DNA of 64,000 nt from Lingula anatina. Taxonomy: Eukaryota; Animalia; Brachiopoda. The translations under genes and the position numbers were made by a program. This document shows positions 53,075 to 62,381 of this stretch, piece by piece (positions within the stretch are counted from its first letter, which is position 1; each line of letters begins with the position of its first letter). The notes beneath the pieces are model-generated. The model was not told where the DNA came from, made no database searches, and saw only the letters and a list, made by a program, of their open reading frames with translations. The stretch spans positions 15,500,001 through 15,564,000 of the forward strand of contig CM120641.1 in NCBI GenBank assembly GCA_051362555.1. The letters are read 5' to 3'.

Positions 53075-54822
53075 AGCCGCAACAAGTGATGGGGAATGGG
53101 AGTCGGTTCTAGGTCCAAAAGTGGGAATGTGACCCTCGCCTCCTGAAATTGAGAGCGGGAAAGTTTGTCTGCAACAACGTTACATTTACCAGGAATGTGT
53201 TTGGCTTTAAAGAGAATATTATGCGTTAAACATACCAAAACTAAACGCCGAATCAAACACATAACTAACTTATCTTTACTAGACTGTTTGTTGATAATAT
53301 GTACAACAGCCAGGTTGTCTGAAAGGAAAAGAATCTTCTTATTGATCAGCTGAGATTTCCAAATTTCCAAAGCAATAACAATAGGAAACAGTTCTTTGAC
53401 TGTGATATGCCAAAGTGCAGCTACTTCATCCCATTCATTAAAGAACCAATGACAGCCAAAGACCGCCGCATAACCTATCGACCCCGAGGCATCTGTGAAC
53501 AAGTGTAAGGTATCAGACGATTGCCAAGACGATGGTAGCAAGACTGATTTTCCATTAAAGTGACGTAAAAAATGAAGCCACATGCCTAGGTCCGCTCGTG
53601 CTTCACTATTGAGTCGAATATAATGACGCGGGCGCCTAACACCCAGAGTTAAATCAATTAAGCGGCGTAAGAAAGCTCTGCCCGGTACTACAACTGAGCA
53701 GGCAAAGTTTAAAAGACCGATAAGAGATTGTAATTCTTTCAATTGTACCTTTCTTCTGGAAGAAAGCTGGGAAACTAAAACACAACACTTGTTCAATTTG
53801 TCCTGTGGCAAACGACTTACCATTTGCAGTGAATCTATTTCGATGCCGTAAATAGTTAAACAAGTGGTTGGAGTAAATGTTTTCTTTGCATTAATGGGAA
53901 CGTTAATCCGTTTGCATAAGGCAAGAAAATTTTGTAAATCAACCTGACACTTATTGGACATGGGTGGTCCAATGAAACAGAAATCATCCAGTATATGGGA
54001 CATGGCCGAGGCATGAAATTTTTCCAACATAATCCATTGTAGAGCTGTACTCAGTGATTCAAATATTTGGCACGAACAGCTGGCACCCATGGGCAAACAT
54101 TTCTCATAATAAAATAAACCATTCCAAGAGAAACCCAGCAAATGATAATCCAACGGGCTAATAGGTAAAATGCGGAAAGCATCTAGAATGTCAGACTTAG
54201 CTAAAAGAGCACCTTGGCCGAAATGTTGGACATGGGCGATGACAGTATCAATTGAGTCGTACTGAACTGCAGAAAATTCTCTGGGAATATTAGAATTAAC
54301 CGAGTCCAGGTGGGGATAGGAAAGGTCGTGAATAACACGGAATTTTTGAGGCTCAGATTTAGGAATAACGTGTAATGGTGAACATTTAAAATCTGTAAGA
54401 GGGGGAGTAAAAAATGGGCCAGCAATCCGCCCAGAAGATAAACCCGATTCAATGTAATCCAAAATCGCACCAGGATGAGCACGTGCTGATAAATGATTAT
54501 GAGGAGTGTGAATACTAGGAGTCGCGGTGCAATGTAGGCGGAAACCCTTGGAAATACCATTGATGAGAAAAATAACCTTATGAGGATCATAACCTTGAAG
54601 TTCCAGCTGTAACTGGGTATGGTTTATTGGAGTTGGGAGACAATTTTGTGGGCGGAGACTGCAACTGGGCAGGGTGGGTGCGGCATTTGATTCTAGGATG
54701 CGATCCCTGGCAGTGCTGGCAACAGTGCTTATATTTGCATGGACTAGTGACACATTTTTCCCCCCGATTAAAGGCAAAACAGACGCCTTGACGAAATGGA
54801 CGTAGAAAAGGGGGAGAAACAT
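53071..54822 (-). CDS. pol: Ngaro Pol: reverse transcriptase + RNase H (583 aa)
   Basis: RT motifs KFRVIHDLS, KSDILDAFR, CLPMGASCS, HILDDF, YGIEIDS, LQSLIGLLNF. RNase H motifs FTDASG, ITVKELFPI, SDN, HIPGKCNVVADKLSR. Confidence 0.95.
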   Translation of the reverse strand: MFLPLFYVHFVKASVLPLIGGKNVSLVHANISTVASTARDRILESNAAPTLPSCSLRPQNCLPTPINHTQLQLELQGYDPHKVIFLINGISKGFRLHCTATPSIHTPHNHLSARAHPGAILDYIESGLSSGRIAGPFFTPPLTDFKCSPLHVIPKSEPQKFRVIHDLSYPHLDSVNSNIPREFSAVQYDSIDTVIAHVQHFGQGALLAKSDILDAFRILPISPLDYHLLGFSWNGLFYYEKCLPMGASCSCQIFESLSTALQWIMLEKFHASAMSHILDDFCFIGPPMSNKCQVDLQNFLALCKRINVPINAKKTFTPTTCLTIYGIEIDSLQMVSRLPQDKLNKCCVLVSQLSSRRKVQLKELQSLIGLLNFACSVVVPGRAFLRRLIDLTLGVRRPRHYIRLNSEARADLGMWLHFLRHFNGKSVLLPSSWQSSDTLHLFTDASGSIGYAAVFGCHWFFNEWDEVAALWHITVKELFPIVIALEIWKSQLINKKILFLSDNLAVVHIINKQSSKDKLVMCLIRRLVLVCLTHNILFKAKHIPGKCNVVADKLSRSQFQEARVTFPLLDLEPTPIPHHLLRL

Positions 54823-55610
54823 TCATGGTTGCCACTTTTAACCGTAACTCGGGGATAACTTTTTTCCCACGGGACCAGTGATGTTGCTCGTAATTTGCGA
54901 AAGGCGTCATCATAAATACGCCAAGCATTAGCATTGGGAAGCTTACTTAATTCTCTAATAGTTGAACCGTACTTAAGTAACTTCACAGACTCGTTTGGAA
55001 ATTTTTGTAAGAAAATCGCTGAAAAGACAAAAAAGGCATCCGTCCATTGGTAAAGCGTAATCGGCGATTTCTGCGAGGGCATATGGATCACTTCAAATTT
55101 CATTGGCTGGACCTTGATAGCGAAATCATCATTATGGTTGGAGGGAAGAAGGAGCCGGAAATCTATAAACTCATTGTTCCAAATCTTTTGCTTCAATTTG
55201 GGTGGAATTAAAGCTCCTAAAGGAATGCCATCAGTTAAATCTACAGGTAGAGCTGAAGTGGCATGACTCTCACCTGTGAAAACATTGTCGATCAGACCAC
55301 TGATACTGTGTATCTGCTGTTGAACATGAGCCTCTTGAAGGGAGGGGTCGGAAGAAGAAGCGCTCGACATCTCTGTGTTTGATGCAGTTTGGTGAGCAAT
55401 AATACGCTGTGCCAACAAATCATAGTCGATAACAGGTGTAGTAGAGGTCGATTCCGTCTCTGAAGTAGGTGCGGCGGTGGGTCTCGGCCTCTTGCTTCTA
55501 GTAGCAGTTGATGCCGCAGCCGGTCGTCGTTTGCTGGAAACTGAGCGCGCATTGGAGACACCCGACATCCTCGGCCGCCTACTCCTCCCGGGAGTGGCCT
55601 TGGGAGACAT
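54587..55610 (-). CDS. gag: Ngaro Gag-like ORF with C-terminal Cys/His finger; interrupted by a 1-nt frameshift at ~54860-54865
   Basis: ATG at 55610 (MSPKATPGRSRR..., basic and low-complexity N-terminus), core LKQKIWNNEFIDF...WTDAF..F...LLKY...W..YD..FR..RA....PW. It continues in the +1 frame as VIPELRL...CFAFNRGEKCVTSPCKYKHCCQHCQGSHPRIKC up to the stop at 54587. Confidence 0.82.
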
Positions 55611-55944
55611 AGTAACTAAAGACAAAGGAAACTAATAAGGTCACACTAAGGCAACTGAATGTACATATGACATAATCAAAAAGAAAATTCTTCGGGCCAG
55701 GTAAATAAAGTAAACGGCATCTACCCACAAATAGCCTGAGTAGATATGCCATAAGCCATAGTTTTATTAAAAGTGTAACAAAAAAAAAATATATATATTA
55801 TATTTCCTAGTCCGCCGCCAGAGCCTATCCAAGCAGGCAACAGCCTCAGCTCAGCCTTGCATTTGAAAACAGGGATATCCGGTAAAAATTGACTAGACAA
55901 ACACACAAACAGCTGGGTGACTCCCCAAAAACCAGGAGTATAAC

Positions 55945-56112
55945 CAGTAGCGGATCCAGAGATATTTTCTGACAGTCTTCCAAATTATCTTTGTTGCGCC
56001 ATCCCCCATTTTTGACCGTCTTCCGACAGAAAAATTTAGATACCCGTCAATGTAAACTTAAACATCTGACCGTCTTCCGGAAGACCCAGAAGACGGCCTA
56101 AATCCGCCCCTG
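55945..56112. mobile_element. 168-bp MITE nested in the Ngaro leader
   Basis: Imperfect TIRs CAGTAGCGGATCCA...TAAATCCGCCCCTG, flanked by the direct repeat ATAAC (55940-55944 and 56113-56117); internal GACCGTCTTCC motifs. Confidence 0.65.
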
Positions 56113-56135
56113 ATAACAACTCCCCAAAATAAAAA

Positions 56136-56358
56136 CCTAGTATACCAGATACCACACAGGGCTCTCACTACTAGGCAATCAATTAAACACCTGGGAAATA
56201 CTCCCAGAGCCTAGTATACCAGATACCACACAGGGCTCTCACTACTAGGCAAACAATTAAACACCTGGGAAAAACTCCCAGAACCTAGTATACCAGATAC
56301 CACACAGGGCTCTCACTACTAGGCAAACAATTAAACACCTGGGAAATGCACCCAGAAC
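56136..56358. repeat. 3 x 74-bp tandem repeat in the Ngaro 5' leader
   Basis: Unit CCTAGTATACCAGATACCACACAGGGCTCTCACTACTAGG... starts at 56136, 56210 and 56284. Confidence 0.9.
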
Positions 56359-56923
56359 AAGTAAACAACGGGGAAGTACACCCAAAACAAAGAGCATAAC
56401 AACTCCAAAAATGCATGTAGCCTAGTCGACCAGAAACCCATAAAAACACGGCACCTGGTAATGCGGACACGGAAACAATATGAAGACAGAAACGTACAGA
56501 TTACGGCATGTCAACGACAGCCGAAAATGTAAAAACAGCGGAATTCCTGGCCCGGTAAAAATATCAATATGAATAAAATAGCTACACACAAAGAGGAAAA
56601 CAAAAATTGAAGAATAACACGATAAAGTGACATCTAAACAAATTAATTAACAACTGCAGCACATGACAGACTATAAATCTGATTATTAGAACACGTGAAT
56701 AAGGGGGAAATGAAGATAATATAAAATTACTGGCCTGTGTATGATCCAAGAACTTGAAGTTGAAGTCTCCCAAATAAAAGGAAACAGCCGTCGCCGAAAC
56801 TTGATAACAAAACTGGTGGCTTGGAAAAACAGAATAATATCCGAAGCAAATACAGTCACCAAGTATCAAGAAACTGGCCGTCCCCAAATCTTGAAATCAC
56901 AAAAGTTGATGGCTGGTAACCAA

Positions 56924-57292
56924 TGTAAAATTAAAATAAAGAAACGCAAGAAATTATAATACTCTGAAGCTGCTGAAATTGCGTGTACATATCATCGCAG
57001 CTAAAAGGCTGAATGACTTCTCGCTGATGCAGCTCGCAAGAAGTAGTTTCCTAAAACTCATATAAAATTAACTGTGTGCCTGGATACACAGCAGCTAAGA
57101 CAATTTGACCCTGGACATCTGTTATCACCTTGCCTTGGTCAACTACTTAAGATCAAAATGTGCAGACACAAGACCTAAACCCAGACTACTTCCTATAAAC
57201 AAAGCGTAGATGGATTACCAACAAAGCTATTACCACCACTAAAAACAAACCATTTCCTACATAAATACAATTAATTATCTTAATTGTAGTTT
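56924..57292 (-). repeat. Split direct repeat A1 (369 bp), 5' end of the Ngaro element
   Basis: No differences seen by eye versus 51112-51480. Confidence 0.93.
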
Positions 57293-57404
57293 CAGATGGG
57301 ACCTGCGTAATCGACCAGAGAAACGTCACCTTTTTTATTTTAGGTCATACTTAATTAATAATAATAATAATCTTTATTGAAATATGGCAATCCAAAGGTT
57401 GAAG

Positions 57405-57405
<1 letters not shown>

Positions 57406-57499
<94 letters not shown>

Positions 57500-57500
57500 T
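57406..57500. repeat. (TA)n + poly-T tract, expanded relative to the paralogous site at ~37535-37570
   Basis: Directly visible. Confidence 0.9.
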
Positions 57501-60500
57501 AATTTATTTTTTTAATCAAATTTATTTAAGTCGAAGAAGCCTGGTCATTTTTTGGCCCTGTTGCACACTATAGGATGTCGCTCTCGCCTCCCTGGGGAGG
57601 ATAAAAATTAAACTGGCCTTCAATGCAGAACATCTTTTTTTTTCTCTGAGAAATTACTTGACCAACTTTCTAAGGTCCACAAATAACAAGCACAACCATG
57701 CAATATAAGTGGAGTTTAAGTCTTGTTGGAAGCATTTTCTAAAGTCAAAAGAGCACATACTAAATACATGTATGTAGCTTTGTATTTTTGTTTGCTTAAT
57801 TGGCGAATTCAATTAATGAACTGGTGTCACAATGACATCAAAGACATTATCAAAAGTTATTAAAACACGACTTCAATCCTTAGTTTGATTGATTAGTCAT
57901 CAAAATAGGAAAAAAGTTATAAAAAATGATTTGGAAAAATATTCCATATTAAATGTCAAGTCTGTATTTTCCAGGAACGCTGATGGTTTTTAGCTTATTG
58001 CAGAAAAAGACGAAGCTGTTAAGTTGTTCACAAAGGCTTCGATCCTGAGAGGTCTCCCGGTATAGTTGCTAAAACCAAATTGGTGGTCACAAAGATGCTT
58101 TTAGGGGGCAATCTGCCCCTCATTTTTGAGGGTACGGGTTGTCGTTGTTTTTCTGTTTCGACATAACCGTAAAAGCAATAGGCCCATCTCCTGGTGATTG
58201 GCTTTGGATGCCCTGGGCGTGGCCTTCCGTGCGGATTCCTTGAAGATCGATTCGTTGTCTGTGTAGATCCCTACGGATTTTTGGCACCCATGTGGTCAGA
58301 ATGAGGAAAGACACAAATTCAAATTCGTGCAAATGAGTCACCCTAAGTTTTGAACATCTTCACTATTGCCATGCCTCCTAAAACTACCAAAGGTGGAAGG
58401 AAAAGAGACCAACAAAAGTTCACCGAACAATTCCCGAACGGAAATGCACGATGCCACCTATGATAATGCTACGGCCTACGGGCTTACGATTTTCAAAACA
58501 TGGCAATGGTTTTAGCTTGACAGAACCATAGAGGCAACGGAGGATGTAAATCCGTACGATTCCGTATGATTTCTCACGGCCACCGTCTGTCTCCGCTCAG
58601 ACGCTACACGAAAAGAGTTTTAAGGACATCGCATGGCATATGTAACCTACGCTCTGGTTAATCTCGGACCAACCCAAACAGAACTACCCAATGAAATAAG
58701 TACATATAACGTACAAAATGTATTCACGATCAAGGCAAAAGAAAAATGCTCCGACATAAAGGGAAAAACCTCTCTACCTAAGGCCTCTGATAAGAGTAGA
58801 ATGTAGGTTTCATGTTTCATAATTTTCACAATCTGAGAGACAGGCCTACCCAACTACCAGACTCGGCACCTACGGATCCAGAATAAACCGGTATATCAGA
58901 CCACACCACCCGTTTTCAAGGTGTGTGTCAGATCGCATTACAGAGTATCATACCCCATCACAAATGCGCTACGAGGTTAATACGTTCAAGCATGTCAAAA
59001 AGTAAAAACATGCAAACTTCGTGCTTTTATTTACTATTAATTACACTATTATTTTACGTTTTACCACCCCACTAAAGTTGTAGACTTGGGTTTGTCTCCG
59101 TGCTAACATCAACTTGATCCTTATTGTGCTTGTTGAGAACAGCCCTTGCCAGGTGCCACCTATCCCCAATTTTATGTTCACACGCCCGTTGTTCTAAAAT
59201 ACTATTTGTATTTGCAGTTCAATTCAAGACAATGCTTACATGTACATAAACTTTGCCATACGGCCGACCATACGGTGTTAGTAATATAATAAACAGAATA
59301 TAGCAAATATAAATATATGTAGCTCTTATGATAAGATACACCTGTACATATTTGTTCTTCACTACTGACAGTTCTAGAGAAATCTTCAATTCTGGTTCTT
59401 CGGTAACTACTATTTCGGCCAGATATGCCTACAGGTAGAGATATCTACACCGACATTTTCTTGACACACCCTAAAGAGTATGTGTAGGACGCTTATCGGT
59501 AAATCCAGATTGCAATATTTACAAATTATGCTTCATATTTACATACCCGTTAGTAATCACACGATAAAAATAAGTACAGTTTTTCCGTGTAACACTGTTA
59601 GTAAACACCACTGACTACCAGTAGGTTCAACCAGCCTATTATTCAAAATGATATATATTATTAAGATACACTGTAGCACTGATTGGGGTACCTGTCTGGT
59701 CTCTTTTATAATAATCGGTATAATTCAGTCGGTATTTAATGAGGTGTATGAGACCTTCCTTGGTGATATATGTAGGCCTAGTCTAAGGTAACCTTCCACT
59801 TCTTCCCGGATATGCAGCATTTGATGCTGGCTCTGGTAAACCAAAACAAACGATTTCAAAGTTCGTGAAAATGATTTAGATTCTAGATCTCTCAATCACC
59901 TCTACTAGTACATACTTGGTAAATCCAAACTTCATGCACCATATAACAGTCAAAAGTATGAAGTTACAATATAAGTAAGCCTCATCATTGACCTTGTAGT
60001 TGCTCAATGAACTTAGGATTTCGTCGTTCCGCAAAGATGCAGTCCAGTACATGTGTATTGATACCAACATGTCTACATACTAATGACATGACACAGTTTC
60101 ATGTTTTTCAAATTTCAAATAAATCTGTTTGTATTTACATAAAGGTCCTGAATACCCACTACTAAACGCCTCGTTGACTTGTGTTTTCTTCGTTGTGTTG
60201 ACCTTGATGACCCATTTATCACAAAAATAAGTCTTACTTAGCACATTCAAATGCTTGTGCAGGTGGACATCAGTATCAGATATATCAATAACGTTTTCTG
60301 CATAGAATAATTCCAGTAAAATTTGCAGTATGATAATAAATATATCTCACGCCATACCACATGCTTTACATGTAGATAATTTGCCGTGTGCATCACTTAA
60401 CTGTTTAAAAAACACTGGTACATAATGGAAACCAATGAACTAACAATGCATCGATTGTCTGTACTGGTCCTATAGTGCACTCTAAAACAGGAAACCGAAT

Positions 60501-60618
60501 AAAAAACTGTACATGGCAATGATGAATGTAGAACATAATGTTCCAGTGGAAATACTGAAAAAAAAAGTGAGAGATACGTTTTCTAGGCATTCCCGCTGTC
60601 TTGCCAGTTAGGTCTGCA

Positions 60619-61877
60619 TTAAAGCCCATGACGTTCGTCGGATTCTGTGAGTGTTGCCAAATCGGACGGTCTTGGCGACTTCAAATCTTGGCGAAGTCGA
60701 AAAAAGAGTATCCCATTTAATATCAATGAGCATCCAAACAGAGCCCAGCCTGCCAACTGAAATATAATATTATATGAATGTAATAAATTAATCTAAATAC
60801 ATGTCTTTTGTGTAAATTAATTATTTTTTAACTGGATGAGACAAATTAAAAAAAGAGAGAGAGAGAAAGAGAGAGATTTATACCTGAGCGAAGTTCGTTA
60901 TATCATAGAAATTAGATCCATCAACAGTATGCCAGTTGATATTTGTTTGAGCATCACGGCACCTGGAAGTAAAATTCAAGACAAAAGACATACATGTATA
61001 AATAAGACATTCAATGCAAAGGTTGACAAATGGAAACACATTCCGACTCTATCCCTTCTGAATGTATCTATCAATCATCGGGTAAAGCCCATCCTCAACA
61101 TACTCAAAATCTAACCTCTTCCAGGGCCACAGATTGATTTTTCACTAGATATTAACAGATATGTCTCTAGTTAAATAGATGGCTTATCTCAGCAAATATG
61201 TCCACAATAATGACTGCGGCCCTGGTAAAGGGTACTCAAAATCTCATTTTATAAAGATAGATGACCACATTTTTCAGTCACTTTAAGGTTTTAGTGTTTA
61301 TAACATGTACAACACGATTCTTCAGCTCTGTGCGGCATGCAATCTTGAGCGTAGTTTTATCGAGGCGCAGCTCTTGTATGTCACATACAGTGGATGATGT
61401 GTCTTTTTTAACCGACTTACACCACGCCTGGTGCTTCGTACAATAGGATGAACGCACCGAAGATTATGAAAATACTGGTACAGGCAAGCCTGTATGCAAA
61501 ATACAAGTCCAATTATCCTATTGTTAAAAAAAAAAAAAAAAAAAAAAACAGGCGTGGTAGGCCTATAAGGAAAGACAACAAAAACGGTTGTTTGATCTGT
61601 ACCTGTCACAGAGATCAGGAAGTTTAACAGTAAAATATAGGCCAAAGGAGGGACAAAAGAGTCAAATTTTAAATTACCATAACAAAGAAAAAATATACCA
61701 TAACTTTTGAGTAACTCACGTTGGAGCGATGTTCCGGTTGGAGGTGATAGCTTCACAGAATACAGCCAGTCCTGCGCTGATAACTATCGCACATGCCAAC
61801 AGTAGTATAGTTTTTAAAACGCTCAACACAGCTGGTATCAAGGTCACAATGTCCTGCCTAAAATATTTCATCAATTT

Positions 61878-61916
<39 letters not shown>

Positions 61917-62381
61917 TTTTTGTCGTAGGGTATATGTATATACAGATACGCTCATACATGTACTCTGAACACTTTATTTATCAAAAATAGATACTCCTGT
62001 GGTTATTCAAATAAAGTAACGCATGGATCATCGTGGTTAGGATTTCACATACAGTTACGGTGACGAGTTAAATATATTCACTCACCCTTGTCTACTCTTC
62101 GATAGTAAAGTATACATGCAGTAGATAAACATGAGCATTGCATTGACAGCGCTCAAGGCGGATGTAATGGAGACAAAACTACACGGTGTGTGTGTAGACG
62201 TTTGGGAGACCCATCTAAATATCCAATGACCTTCGTGATACCACTTTCCAGAGGCAAACAGCAAACAACGCCCATTCCATTTTATCTGTGTGATCCCTAT
62301 AGAAAGGGAAACACAGGCGCTTCCTATGAAGACAAGGAAGTAAGTGACTACAAGTAATATAAGTGTCACCCTAACCGCCAT
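60619..62381 (-). CDS. TMEM179: TMEM179-like four-TM protein, copy E (subtype 1, near-identical to C), ~216 aa
   Basis: Exons 62381-62086, 61857-61720, 60962-60884 and 60756-60619 have intact frame and GT-AG sites. Confidence 0.85.

Larger units (their letters stand above)
50672..57292 (-). mobile_element. Full-length Ngaro-type tyrosine-recombinase (DIRS-order) retrotransposon, ~6.6 kb
   Basis: gag, RT-RNaseH and YR ORFs, with no methyltransferase domain seen. Split direct repeats occur in element order A1 (57292-56924), ORFs, B1 (51761-51481), A2 (51480-51112), spacer, B2 (50955-50675). The element is absent from the paralogous site at ~37421-37423. Confidence 0.95.

Noticed and set aside
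52166-54822. RT plus phage-type integrase as a prokaryotic system (retron, DGR, prophage) or contamination
   Set aside because: gag, RNase H, split direct repeats and a clean insertion into animal DNA identify a Ngaro/DIRS retrotransposon.
54855-54870. GGGAAAAAA as a -1 gag-pol frameshift signal
   Set aside because: The -1 frame hits TAA and TGA before the pol ORF begins.
56136-56358. Regular repeats as a possible CRISPR array
   Set aside because: The units are contiguous and near-identical with no unique spacers, the context is eukaryotic, and no cas genes are present.
50675-57292. Interpretation as an LTR retrotransposon
   Set aside because: The repeats are split (A...B-A-B), there is no DDE integrase or protease, and there is no conventional TSD.
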